Shown: positions 39,950-53,737 of the stretch, one piece after another | How positions within the stretch are numbered: the first letter of the stretch is position 1 | Layout: each line of letters begins with the position of its first letter | Notes under the pieces: model-generated | Seen by the model: the letters and a program-made list of their open reading frames with translations, nothing else | What the model was told of the DNA's origin: nothing | The model's database searches: none | Made by a program: the position numbers and the translations under genes | Source: Octopus bimaculoides | Taxonomy: Eukaryota | Direction of reading: 5' to 3' | Assembly: GCF_001194135.2 (NCBI RefSeq) | Contig: NC_068988.1 | Span: forward strand, 82,551,927-82,615,926 | DNA length: 64,000 bases

Positions 39950-42864
39950 AATGTTGCTTTCCAACGATGAGGTTAATCAGCTTATTTTGAGAGATAATTT
40001 ATGTCAAAGCAATCACATAAATTAATACTACAAGTTCTCTAGAAGTGTACTTAGCCTTTAGCAGCCTTTCACTTTCCTAATGAGAACTTTCCCCCACCTA
40101 CTGCTCATATAATCTGAACAAGGCACAAGGTCACAACTTAACCATTTCATATTCTATATAGCAGTAACTTAGCAACACCCATTGATAATAAGGGATTAAA
40201 ACTGTACAACCTTAGAGTCAAAAGTTCTCATATTCAAGCCACCAAAGAAACACACTCTCACCTCTCTTTCATATACAAGTGTGTATACATACACACTCAC
40301 ACATATGTGTGTGTGTGTGCATGCACACACACACATGTATATACACATGCTTATACATACACATGTATGTTCACCTTCATGACAAGCCATTTAATTAAAT
40401 CACTGTACCACCTAACATATAATTACAGTTCAGCATCATGAAAATTATATTAGCAACTGATTATATTTAGAGACAATGAGTTAAGTCTGAAATGTCATGA
40501 TGTAATAATTAAAGCTACTCGCTTTGATAAAAGTCAGAAGTATATCTCAACAGCTTGCTGAAGCAAGTCAATAAATAATACTTAGAAATATTTGTAAATA
40601 TGTTGTTAGTAACTTTTTCGAATATCTCTACCCAAATTCTCAATAACACATTACATAAAAGAATCCTAATAACACAGATGATATATGCCACCTGCTAATT
40701 TAACTTTCATGTGAATAAGTGTTATTTTAATTTTATGGTGTCCAACAAAATACCTGACACTACCTATACATTCTGGGTTCAAATATTGTCAAAGCTGACT
40801 GCTTATCTTTCCAGAATCGATAAAATAAGTATGTGCAAGAAAGAGCACAGAGTGGGGTCAGTTAATTTTGACTACACTTCTACATCCACTTCTTAGATAA
40901 GTGACCTTATAATTGTGTGGGACATCAAAAATATAGAGTCTTAGTTAAGTCTGAGGTTAAGACTATATCAGACTAGAACCAATAAAAATATATTAGAGTC
41001 ATGCACAGCTATCAATTCAATTGATTGTATGTGCTTTAAAAACAAAGGTTACTATGACAGAAGTATGTTGGAGAGAGAGAAAAAGAGCAAGTAGGAAAGA
41101 GATTAACCTAAAATGCAAAGCAACTCACACAGACACAATCATTCTTTCAAACTGAAGGTCAATGTTAGTCGGGTTAGCTTCAACTCATCCAAGTCTACAA
41201 TAAGCTCCATTAGAATCTGTAGGTATATCAAAATATTCACAAAAAATATCTCATGTATAATATGCATTGAATATTCTTTACTACTAAGTTATATGGGGTG
41301 GGGAAGAGTATTTAGTCACATTTATCATAATTGCTGTATAATTCACATTGTAAAAGTTCCGGCATCCTACACGGAATGACAAATGAAATTTGAAAGTAGT
41401 ATTTGAACTTCACTAGTACAGGCCACAAACATTCACCTGTTGTAAAATCAACTTAGTGGCAATTACAGTGTTATTGAGATATATTCAATGTTATTTATCG
41501 AAAATATCATTTCTGATTGACTATGAACTGAACGACACCAATAACAACAGCAAGAAACCAATAAAAAGAAATACAAACTTTAAAAAGCATTACATATAAA
41601 ATTATGAACAAATAAACAACCCGAATTAGAAACGGTTTCTTAATATTGAACCTTTTAAGTATGAAAATATATAAAAAGCAACAATAATTGGTGAGTATTT
41701 ACAGTCTGAAGGTATTAAAAACAAACAGAAAACTCCTTTTAATGATGTAACAGAGCTGTTCTTAATTGTATTTAGCATGAACAACCAAACTTCCTCCAAA
41801 CATTACCCTACATATGAACCAACAAGCAAGGCAGCTACATAATAGTTTGACATATTAAAAATGGCAGCCAATTCTTCTTTAAATTATACCCTTCTTCTGT
41901 TAGTTTGATGCAATTCTTAGTCATTGCCATTCAGCTCTGAGAGGTGAGTATGAAATGAAAGAGCAGTTTTAAACATAGGTGATTATAATCCTAGAAAAAT
42001 GCACAATCAATTTGAAAACATGTTATTTTTAGCATCTCTCTCTCTCTCTCTCTCTCAAAAGAAAAACCTGTAATATTTTGAAACTCAGTTAAAAATTTAT
42101 TCTTAAATAAAACACTTTAATTAAAACTTCTTTTTTTTTAAATCAGAATTTTAATAAATTGAAACAACATTTTAAATTTTCACCATTAACATACCAGCTT
42201 GCATGGGTCAGACTGAGTTTATTTGAGCAGATTTTATACAGCTGGTTTCCCTTCCTGTTGCCAACCCTAACCTGTTTCCAAGGTAGTATTTCCTCAGAGT
42301 CAGATATGTTTGAGCAGAATACTGGAAAAGAATAACGCTGCTTGTATGGCAGTGACACTCATTTACAACTATCACACTATGTCAAGACAAAGAAGCACAA
42401 ATACACCATGCATGTACATATGACTGGCTTCATTTAGTTTCCATCTACCAAATCCACTCACAAGGCTTTGAACAGTCCAGAGCTATAATAGAAGACAAGT
42501 GAACAAAGTACCACACAGTAGGACTGAACCTGAAACCATGGGGTTGGGAAGCAAATTTCTAAACCACACGCAAAAAAGACATTTCAAACTACAATTTAGA
42601 TCTTTAAAATAAAGGAAAAAATGAGTAGCTTTAGTTTTCGTGTACCTGTACCCACTAATTTCTAGGTTTGAGAATTTAACAATAAAGTGCCCAGTTTAAA
42701 AGAGAGAGAACTATATTTAAAAGGTACAGAGAACTGTATTTCAGATCTCCATTTACAAATAGCAGTGTATGGGTAACATAGAATCTCTTATATACCCAGA
42801 AATCTACTCAATGAGGGTCTTCACCTAATCCCATTTGTCCTGTATTAATTATAATGTAATTTAA

Positions 42865-43080
42865 GGCGGCGAGCTGGCAGAAACATTAGCACACCGGGCG
42901 AAATGCTTAGCAGTATTTCATCTGTCTTTACTTTCTGAGTTCAAATTCCACCGAGGTCAACTTTGCCTTTCATCCTTTCGGAGTTGATAAATTAAGTACC
43001 AGTTGCATACTGGGGTTGATCTAATTGACCGACCCCCTCCCCAAAAGTTTCGGGCCTTGTGCCTAGTGTAGAAAAGATTA
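42865..43080 (+). mobile_element. Intact tRNA-related SINE with CORE-like central motif and target site duplication
   Basis: ggcggcgagctggcagaa head, gagttcaaattcc box-B-like motif, ctttgcctttcatcctttcgg...aagtaccag core. Flanked by the direct repeat attaattataatg (42844-42856 and 43077-43089). Decayed minus-strand relatives near 4160-4380, 17480-17620, 57270-57450. Confidence 0.8.
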
Positions 43081-43351
43081 ATTATAATGCAACGTAACAT
43101 AAACAATACATGACTTATATAAGATACATTTAAATTTCATGTCATAGAAATTGTGTTTCACTAAGAAAAAGAAAATTTCCTTCTTCTACCTTCACATGAA
43201 GGCTGATAAACCCAGTGTGTGCATGCGTGTAAGCTAACAGAATATTATAAAATATTTATAAATCCAGTCTTCTTAATACCATCATAATCTCGAAAAAACA
43301 CAAGAGAAACCCCACTCCCCATATCTATACTATGTATGAGTAGTTGGTTAT

Positions 43352-43410
43352 GCAACCAATCTTGTTCAATGTACAGGTGTGGCACCTGTACATTGAACAA
43401 GATCGGGTGC
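43352..43410. repeat. Short hairpin: 21-bp perfect stem (28 bp imperfect), 3-nt loop
   Basis: atcttgttcaatgtacaggtg (43359-43379), TGG, cacctgtacattgaacaagat (43383-43403). Confidence 0.9.
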
Positions 43411-44109
43411 AGCAAAAAAAACAAAAATCCTCAAATTCACCATTCTTGATGTTTCAACAGTAAATGTATGGTGTGCATTGGTCCAAACCATGATGGTAAC
43501 TGTAAAAAAAAATAAAACATTAGCTACATGAAGATACCATTACCACCTGTCTAACTTCACTATTGCCATGCCAATAGCCATGTAAAATATGAGAGGTTTT
43601 CCTGGCACATCCTCTTTGAAAGTGATTTAAAAGTTATTTAGTTATTAAAGGCTTGTTCTAAACAAGGGTTTATAGAGGTGGTCCTCTCATACAAATGGGA
43701 GGAAATACAAAACAGAAAAAAATAGATTACGAAAAAACATAAAATCCAAGGTAAACAAAAGAATCTGAAAATTTCCAGATGAGTCTACCTTCCGCTAAGT
43801 TGTCAATACCTGAACTACTTAGCTGCTTCGAAATATTTATAAACACATTCCATCCATGAAGGGCAAAGTCAAAACAAAAACTTGCACTATATATACTGAA
43901 CATGTGTTTTACATGTCACTTGTTACTGGATCAGATTACAGTTCCACAAAGTAATAAAGAGGAAATCTAGCAGCTTATCACAACTGTCCTGTGTATAATA
44001 ATACAGTAGTTGCTTTGAAAGTCATACCAATAACTTTTGACTCCCAACTGCATTAAAGTTAACAAATCTGTTTATCCATTCCATTCATAACAGAGATCTC
44101 AAAACAAAT

Positions 44110-44430
44110 TATATAACAGGTAACATGCTGCTGAACAAGGAAAAATTTGAGCTCATCTCCTTTGAAAAGGAGGATATACTCAAGTCATATTCTCTTCCCT
44201 CAGAGATTCTTCTGATGTCAATATCAGACTTAAGTGTAACTGTGAACCATAACCTAAACTGGAGTGCACACGCCGACAATAAAGTGGATATGGTTTGTAG
44301 ATCTTTATACCCCAATTTCCCACATGGAAAGATATCCATTCATCTATTTGCCAAAGTACAAATAAAGTTGGAGAATCAAAAATGTCTTGAGACCAACATA
44401 AGAAATCATCAATGATTACATGCCCTACTG
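44110..44430 (+). mobile_element. Decayed CR1/L2/Jockey-like LINE RT C-terminal fragment
   Basis: LLNKEKFELISF...SDLSVTVNHNLNWSAHAD resembles the LN..K..........KDLGV..D..LNW..HI signature. Confidence 0.5.
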
Positions 44431-45329
44431 ATAATTTTTAAAATTTAAGGAAGATTTTAAATGACTGTCTAAAATTAAGATAGTTCGGTTACTATCTAAG
44501 GTGTAATTAAAGTTAATCGTCATGTAGATACCCATTAAGGTTTTATTCTAGATATCTCTAAAAGATAAAATTTTAACTTCAAATGAACAAAATACCATGC
44601 AAATTTAAAATAAATACCATATTTAAGTATATGCAGTCATCTTTTTAAATAGAAAAAACATATATATTCATTTACAATGCACAATTATTCACTTCCTTCA
44701 TCCAGGATATAATTTGTGGTAATTAGAACCTTTGTAATTTTGCATGTAGCAGTAAAGTCATGGTTGTGATTAACCATGTAATCAGAATATAATGTTTTCA
44801 ATTTTTTGCTTAAAAGGCTTATTGATACAGATGTCCAGTGATTATAAAATGTTTGTTAAACCACCAAGCATAACAAGTTCTGTATATTACATTATTGCAG
44901 GCTATTTCATTGTTATCTGTAAGGCAGCCATGAAGATAATCCAATACAAACATTGGTTTCAGTTTTAGCAAAGCACAAACATGATTCCAAACCAAACAGA
45001 CCCATTCTTCATCCAGCCTTTTTCAGTAGCAGAAACAATAACATTATTTGTAAATTTAATGCTGCCTATAACAAAGGGGCAGTTTACCACCATTAATACA
45101 AGCATTAGTATACAACACTGTTTTACACTGCCACCTGTAAGGCCAGATATCAATTTAGTATCATCTATTTCAAAATACACTGGTATTTAATCATCATTTC
45201 TAGTTTGATTAACTAACCCCAGACTTCTTTTATGCATACCAATGATAAGTATCAATGTATATGACACTTTCCTATATTATCTGGTTGACTATACAAGTGA
45301 ATAGACATATTTCAAATAGATATTTTAAG

Positions 45330-45860
45330 CAGCTCAGCAACTATCCCCAATGGGCCAACTTCTTTTCCTGCCTTCATATTCTTTATTGCTTTATCATGCT
45401 CATGTCAACTTGGATAGATGCCCATCACTACAGTTGAGTTTACATGGGGTAGACTCTCTTACAAACATTCTCCACATTCAACAGCCCTCACTTTCATGCC
45501 ATTTTCTTTTCAGCAACAGTAAATACAGGTGTGCCATTATCATTCCACACAACTTCTCTATGACTACTTTATTTTCTGTAGTAAACTGCTTACCAATTCC
45601 GAATACTTCATGTCTCTGATCCTTACATTTTAGAACATTGGTAAACTTCCTACTTTCAACTTCTCCCCTTGCTAAATATATGTGATGTCTAGGATCTGTT
45701 CTAGCTACTTATTATATTCCTCTTTAACACCTACTTTCTTCCAATATTTCCAGGACTATCTCTATGCCTTAACAGCTCTCTCTACAGAACTATTCTCTCA
45801 TCATGTCACCCTTTTGGCTGTAACCTTACACCAGCCACAGATATCTATTACCCAAAATAC
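45330..45860 (-). mobile_element. Decayed RTE LINE fragment (EN-RT linker region)
   Basis: The minus strand reads KAIKNMKAGKEVGPLGIVAEL, matching the RTE motif KAIKxMKxGKAxGPDGIxAE. Confidence 0.65.
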
Positions 45861-45959
45861 ATTGTTCCATAAAGGACAACTGTGTGTGTGTGTGTGTGTG
45901 TGTGTAAAATGTATACTTGGTTTACCTTTCCATCACTAAATCAACCACAAGCAAAAATA

Positions 45960-46450
45960 AGAATGGGAGAATACTAGTAATGATGCTAAGGTTCTAAGTA
46001 TACCCAGAATCTGTCCTGAGACAACAACTAGAATCCTCATACAGATTCTGAAAGATGCTGAGATACTGTTAGGGAATAACATATGCTTGGACAATCATCC
46101 ATAGAGATTTCTTATGGATGCAAGGAAAATTTGCTGTAAAACATGGAAAATGTTAGCAGAGGCAGCCAATGATGCCTACACACGATCCTCAAACACAACT
46201 GGTAAAAATTATGAAGGAGGAAATCCTTCTGCAAAACACGATGGCATTATATCAGTTTCACTTAGCAATTACATTTTACATGTAGCAGCCACTTGGCATG
46301 CAAAAACTGCAATATCGACACCAGAAGAAGGAAAATGAGACAAAAAAAGTCTAGCCTAAGAGAATCTGGCACAGACATTCCAACAAGATTTCAAATGAAT
46401 GAAGAGTAGCTAAATAGACCCAGAAAGAAATGCAGCAGAACGAAGCCTAC
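45960..46450 (+). mobile_element. Decayed LINE 3' coding fragment, RTE-like
   Basis: Weak resemblance to the RTE C-terminal W.P..GKR.RGRP.. region (TPEEGK*DKKSLA*ENLAQTF). Heavily mutated. Confidence 0.4.
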
Positions 46451-46600
46451 TATCTCATTACGCATTTCTCAAGATGAAGTGACTCAAGAGGTCACTTCTC
46501 TGGTCTATCTATGAGAGTAGCAACAACTCATCCAACTTACATCAGCACCAAAAGTGGTCATAAAATGACAATTATACATGTACATATGTGTAAGTGTGAA

Positions 46601-46932
46601 GGCGCATGGCTCAGTGGTTAGAGCGTCGAGCTTACGATCGTGAGGTTGTGAGTTCGAATCCTGGACCGGGCTGTGTGTTGTGTTCTTGAGCAAGACACTT
46701 TATTTCACATTGCTCCAGTTCACTCAGCTGTAGAAATGAGTTACGACATTACAGGTGCCAAGCTGTACCGGCCTTTACCTTTCCCTTGGATAACACTGGT
46801 CGCATGGAGAGGGGAGGCCGGTATGCATGGGCAACTGCTGGTCTTCCATAAACAACCTTACCTGGACTTGTGCCTGGGAGGGTAACTTTCTAGGTGCAAT
46901 CCCATGGTCAGTCATGACCAAAGGGGGTTTCA
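46601..46932 (+). mobile_element. Young tRNA-derived SINE with intact Pol III boxes
   Basis: Box A tggctcagtgg (46607-46617), box B gttcgaatcc (46652-46661), then a V/Nin-like core gtgttgtgttcttgagcaagacacttta and a non-tRNA tail. CpGs retained. Older relatives near 7450-7600 and 61455-61600. Confidence 0.85.
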
Positions 46933-47109
46933 GTATATGTATTTATTATGCAATTATGTGTGTATGTGTACATATATATATAAAATGTATCATTTTATAT
47001 CCGTTTTTCCATGGTAGAATCATCATCATCATTTAATGTCTGCCTTCCATGCTGGCATGATTGGGACCATAACTTAGACAAATATGCATTAGTGAGGTTA
47101 TAACCTAGC

Positions 47110-48591
47110 AGTGTGGGTTATAACCTAGTCACCCGTATAGTTAGGGATGCTGTCAGTAAGGTGAGGGTTGGCAACAAGTATAGCAAAGAATTCAGAGTGT
47201 AAGTAGGGCTTCACCAAAGATCAGTCTTCAGCCTCCTCTTGTTCATCAAAGCCTTCCAGGCAATAACAGAATTCAAGACAGGCTGCCCCTGGGAGCTCCT
47301 CTATGCTGATGACCTTTTGTTCTTATAACTAAATCACTACCAGAACTAGAGAAGTTTCCGGTGTGGAAGTAATGTCCTAGGCCTTAGAGTTAATCTAGCA
47401 AAAACCGAAGTCTTAGTAAGTAGGAAAGCAGACAAATTAAAAATCCCTTCAGGTAGATGGTTCTGCTTGATCTGTAGGAAAGGCGTAGATAGAAACTCCA
47501 TAAGATGTACCCGGTGTAAGTCATGAACACTTAAGAGGTACAGCAATATCAGAGGAAGGTTAACAGGGAAAATAGTTTTTGTGTGTGGAAGTTGCACACA
47601 TACAATNNNNNNNNNNAAGTGACTAAGTCAGTAGCAGGGGTGGATATTCAGAGAGCTCCTACCTCTGCTGGTAAGAAAGGGCCTCTCTCTCAGAATGAAA
47701 GATAGACTGTATGATGCCTGTGTGTGAACAGCCATGCTACACAGCAGTGAAATATGGACAGTGACTACTGATGACATGCCTAGGCTTGTAAGAAATGAAG
47801 CTTGTATGCTTCACTGGATGTGTAATGTCAGTGTGCATGCACGACAGTGTGTAAGCATCCTGTGAGAAAAGTTGGGCATAAGAAGCATCAGATGTGGTGT
47901 GCAAGAGAGATGACTGCGCTGGTATGGTCATGATGTATATGGACGAGGACAGCTGCATGAAGAAGTGCTGCACTCTAACGGTAGAGGGAACCTGTGGTAG
48001 AGGTAGACCCAGAAAGATATGGGATGAGGTGGTTAAGCATGATCTTCAAATGTTGGGCGTCATGGAGGCAATGACAAGTGACCAAGACCTTTGGTGATAT
48101 GCTGTGCTTGAGAAGGCCCATCAAACCAAATGAGATCAGAGTCATTGTCAATGCAAGTGTCGCGTAACTAATACATAAAAAGTACCTTCCAAATGTTGGG
48201 TGATATGCTGTACTTAAGAACTGTTAAACCAAGTAAAATCATAGTTGTGACTGATGCCAGTGCCATCTGACTGGTACCCATGCTGGTGGCACGTAAAAAG
48301 CACCATTCAAGCTTTGGGCCATGCTAGTGTAGACCTGTCAAGTCAAGTGAGGTCATAGTCGTGGCTGATGCCAGTGTCACATCAATGGCACCTGTGCGAG
48401 TGGCATGTAAAAAACACCCACTACACTCTTAGAGTGGTTGGTATTAGGAAAGACATCCAGCCATAGAAACCTTGCCAAATAAGATTGGAAACTGGTGCAA
48501 TTCTCCGGCTTACCAGTTTTCGGCCAAACTTTTTAACACATGCCAGCATGGAAAGCAGACGTTAAATGATAATGATGATGATGATGATGAT
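47110..48591 (+). mobile_element. 5'-truncated RTE LINE (RT domain to 3' tail)
   Basis: GCPWELLYADDL (YADD at 47302-47313), LRWYGH and RGRPRKIWDEVVKHDL, then a 3' UTR ending in a (GAT)n tail at about 48570-48591. Small N gap at 47607-47616. Confidence 0.9.
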
Positions 48592-48600
48592 TTATATATA

Positions 48601-48990
48601 TCATCATCATCATCATCATCGTTTAACGTCCACTTTCCATGCAAGCATGGGTTGGACGATTCGACTGACGACTGGTGAAACAGATGGCTGCACCAGGCTC
48701 CAATCTGATCTGGCAGAGTTTCTACAGCTGAATGCCCTTCCTAACGCCAACCACTCCGAGAGTGTAGTGGGTGCTTTTATGTGCCACCAGCACGAAGGCC
48801 TGTCAGGCGGTACTGGTAACGGCCATGCTCAAAATAGTGTATTTTACATGCCACCTGCACAGGAACCAGTCCAACGGCACTGGCAACAATCTTGCTCGAA
48901 TGACTTTTCACGTGCCAGGAAGGCAATGCTGGTAACGATCACGCTCGAACAGTGCTCTTAGCGCTACACTGGTACAAGTGCCATCATGAT
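48601..48990 (-). mobile_element. RTE-tail-type repeat with (GAT)n tail, opposite orientation to the adjacent LINE
   Basis: Begins (CAT)n-cgtttaacgtccactttccatgc on +. Same family as 26686-26965 and 58464-59060. Confidence 0.8.
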
Positions 48991-51957
48991 TTCGCTTTAA
49001 ATATATATAACATATAAATGTAATATAAGATATATATCTAAATTGTGTATGTGTGCATGTGTACTGATCGAGTGTCCCAATTTCAGGTCTTCAGAGTCTC
49101 CTTGCATTTACTCTGGCTGGTTTTGTGTTGACATTGAGTGAGACCAGCTGAAATACTTGGGTACATGTTTAGCCACTTCCCTATACAACACATTGCAAAG
49201 AACAGACAAGGAAACATACTCAATAAACAAAAATCTAACACAAATGCACAAATTTGATCCTTTCTTTAGTTCGAAATTGGAAATCATTACAATTTTGGAA
49301 TCTAAAAGAATTGTTCATTTCAATGGTGTCCATAACTTATTAGTGTACCAAGGATACAGACAAGTGTGCATAGAAAATGTTAAAATACAGATCAAGATAA
49401 ACAAAAAATATACAAAGTCTTTAAACGAAAAACAATAGTAACACAAGTTGTGAGAATGAAAAGGAAAATGAAGGCACAAGACAAAAGAAACAGGTGAATA
49501 TATATGTAATCATAAGACTTGATAAGTTTAAGTTAAAAAAAATTTCAAAAAAAAAAAAGATAAATTTGTCTTTTTGATTGGTTAAGTAATGTATGGAGAA
49601 AAATACAGCACCTGACAAAAAATACAGCCTGACAAAAAGCAATATCTTATAAGTGGCTTTGGTCAGCCTAAGGCTATAGAAGACACATGAAGTGCCACAC
49701 AGTGGAACTGAACCAGGAGCCAAGGAACCATGTGGTTGGGAAATAAGCTTCTTACCACAGAGCCACACCTACACTTTATATATATACATTTAAAGGACCA
49801 GTTAATTTTGTGAGGTGTAAATTTATGGCTAGAACTAGTTCACTGAAATATTACATACCCCTTAATTCTAAGTTTAAAAATATGTAAAAATAAGTCAACA
49901 TTATAGATGAATAGTGTGTGTGTGCGCGCGCGCGTGCGCACATGATAATGGAAATTATCTATATACATATAAGACAATAGGGTGTTGTTTCGGGAAAATT
50001 TGGTTATCTATTGGCAAGTGCACACTAAGAACAGCCTGGAATTACATGATTAAAAGAGGACTTCTCTTAGTATGACATCATTTTTAATGCCTTCAGAGTG
50101 AAAACTTACACATCAGTTGTTTATATAGTTTCATATTTAAAGGGCAGTTATATCTGTGTAATACCATAGTTTTCATTTGTAAAAATAAGCTCACCCATTA
50201 CCCCTGTAGAAAACAGCCTGCTCTGTGTGGTGCAGTTTACAAAGTTCAAAGTAAAAGAAGTATGAGATAGTTTGTTGCATAAAGCTCCAACAAAACTAAA
50301 CCAAGAAACAGAATAAAGTAGAAAACTCATATATTATGGTTACTGGTGCAGAATAAAACTTATTCAGGTTATTTCACTGTAGTAGAATGTAGTAGGTAAA
50401 AGCAAAGTAGTGGTGGCCACTATTTTGAGGATATATCACAAAAATATGTTTATTAATTATAGTGGAAATGCTGGTGGAAAGGTGATGGTTAGCTTTTTTA
50501 ATATATTCTACGATTTTGACCTACAACTGAGGAGACCTGAGAGGTGAATAGGGTGCAAATGAGACCTGACAAACATAAAGCATAATAGGAGAAATGAAAG
50601 GATGAATAACATACAGAATAAAATTAGAAAAAGAGTGAACAGGACCCTTGAAATGAAAATAAAAACTGTCAGGCCTGCTTATTTCCCTTATAGGACGTAA
50701 TTTATTTCACAAATTTTTTTCCATTTACAAATAAAAACTACAACATTATTTTGAAATAGTTTTCATAGATTGCTTATGGCTAACTTTGTGAATAGAATCT
50801 TTTAGTTTGTCTTGTATTACTGTCTTGTATTCTTCATGTCATAAAAAAAAAACATAAAATAGTTCTTAGTAAACGATACTGAATATGTTCAAATACTGCT
50901 GTATGGTTAAGAAGCTTGTTATTCAACCATGTGATTTTTAGATTCAGGCCCACTTTACAGTACCTTAGGCAAGCATCTTCTACAACAGCTTTGGCTGACC
51001 AATGCTTTGAGTGAATTTGGTGGACAGAAATTGTCTTTTGTTTTAAGGATGAATTCAAATATTTTAATGTATTTTATACAGCAATAATTATAAATCTGTC
51101 TAAACTCTTCTCCTCCCTCCTATACAACTTAATAGTGACAAAACTCAATGCATATTACACATAAGAGATATTTTTTCCAGGATATCACTGTCCAAAATTA
51201 GGTCTTCACATAACACAAGTGCATACTTTTACAGGCTTGTTTATTTGTATTTGTTTTACCTAAAATACTGTGTGAGTGTGTGTATATAAAACAGTATATA
51301 CCATGTAGAATACAAAGACACACACAGACACTTATATATATGCATTATATCATAATAAAAAGGTGTATGACATTTGTGATGTGTATACAAACATTCAACA
51401 GCACCAGCTGTAATATTATGTCTCTGAGAAGCTTCTCAAAAACCAAGCTCACTCAGAACACCAAAAACAGATCAGACAGTGTTTTGACCTCATTTGGTCT
51501 CCTCAGTGCTTACTGATGTCTACAGCTGAATGAATATCTTTTGGCTTAGCTTGGAATGTCTAGGGAAGTACATTGCTGAGAAGAATAAATGAGGTTGAAA
51601 TTGTTTGATGATCTGCCGAAGATATTCTGAGTTGAGCCCCATATTTTTTGATATACAAATATCTTGAGAAGTTTCCCCAGAATCAAAATGTTACAGCTTG
51701 TGCTATTTCAGGTTTGTATATACATTAAAACTATTATACACACCATTATGACACATATACACATACATACAGTTTGTTCTTGCCTTTCCTCCTCTCTATC
51801 TTACACCCTATTCCAAAGGACAAAACGTTCTTTCCACTTCTCTAAGCATCTAACTTAATAATGTTGACTGTCAACTTGTTCAGTCACATTGTTTTGTTCT
51901 TTTGATGTCTATATATAATATATTTACAGACAACAATGTGTGAGGGTATGAGTCTAA

Positions 51958-51991
<34 letters not shown>

Positions 51992-52365
51992 TTGTTGTGC
52001 ATCAGGTTTTTTATGCAAGATTATGTTGGGTGCATGTATGTGTCTGTCTATACCAATATACGTGTGCATGCATGTGCATAGGAAGAAACCTCTGTAGGTC
52101 AGTATGTTGACCATGAAACTGCACATGTATATGCAGGCCTGAGCAAGATTCTTTTTGAGGAAGACTGACATTAGCCTATGCATACAAGTTTCCCCTCTTG
52201 ACAACAATGTTTATCCAAAGAAAAGCCACCAACTTAGCCCAATACAACAGGTGTTAGTATCAGAAAACAAGGAGTCAGAACAGATATCACAAGGAAGCCG
52301 ACTTCAACAATTCCCCCAACCTACCACCCTGAATATATATATGCATGTGTGTGTAATATAATATA

Positions 52366-52436
<71 letters not shown>

Positions 52437-53737
52437 TTATGTAATTTATAACTACATATATGTCTAGGTGTTTAAGAGGTCAACCACTTGTTTTCAGGTT
52501 CAGTAGCACTGCACAGCACTTTGGGCAAGTGTCTCCAACTATAGCTCCAAGTTGACCAATGCCTTGTGAGTTTGGTATATGGAAACTGTATGAAGCCCAT
52601 CATGTGTGCATCTCAATAAATAAATTTTCTTTACGTTCACCACTTGAAAAACAGTTGTTTGTTTATGTTAATGTAATTTAATCGTTTGACAAAAATAGGG
52701 ATCAATAGAATAAGTAATACACTTAAAAAATATGTACTGGGGTCTATCAGACTGATGGAAACCTTTGATGATAGTGCCCCAAAATGGTTTCAGTCCAATG
52801 ACTGAGACAGTAGATAAGTCACATAAGATATGTACACAAAATATTGATAATATTTATGTATAACATGTCTGCATAATACATAAAAGATATATAAAAGTAT
52901 ATGCATATATATATATATATATATATAATTTATATATGTGCATGTGTTTACATTATATGCATGTCCCCTAATTCAGCAGTTCAACAAATAGCACTCAATA
53001 AAAATGTTTCATGGGGTCAAAATAATCATTTAGAACCCACAAAGGTAGTGTCCAGCATGGCCACAGTCCAAACACTAACACCAGCTAAATAGTATATAAT
53101 GCATCTAAATTGAGATGATTACAGCTTGCCAGGCTATTTTCACCAACATTGTTGAACGTTGTTGTCATGAAAATGTTGTCATATATATTGACTTGGCATG
53201 TTGTAAGTTAAAAAGAAAATTTTAAACATATCTAATTTGCTCAAGCCAGCTAATAATTAATTACCTGAAGCAGACAAAAAAAAAAAACTAACTTAGAGAT
53301 TTGTAACGTAAACTAAGTAGACGGTCGTCAAAACATTTATTTTTGTATTTACTTATTCCAGCAGATTTTTTTTTAATATTTTCTTCCTTCACATGTTCAC
53401 ACAACATGTGTGTTCATATGTAGATGTGTTTACATCTATACACAACGTGTTCATACATATAAACCCACTAATGTAATTGTGTACATGTAGTGCATGTATG
53501 AGCTCATGTAAATTTGCTTTTACAAATAAATATATATATATAAAGAGATAATCAAATTACATGCTTCTGTGATCTTACTCCAATAACAAGTTATGGATAA
53601 TGCATAATTCACAAGAATTTAAAAATCAGAGTTGGAAATAGAATTGAATACATACTGAAACAGTTTTAGTTTTTTTTTTGTTTTGTTTTTTTCTATTTCT
53701 CTTTTCTTTTTTTTTTCTTTTACAATAAAATTCTTAC

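Noticed and set aside
44965-45190. Overlapping ORFs on both strands in unique sequence
   Set aside because: No donor or domain support; neither peptide is recognisable.
46601-46675. tRNA gene (apparent TAC anticodon)
   Set aside because: Acceptor and anticodon stems do not pair properly, there is no T-run terminator, and it continues into a SINE core and tail; it is a SINE head.
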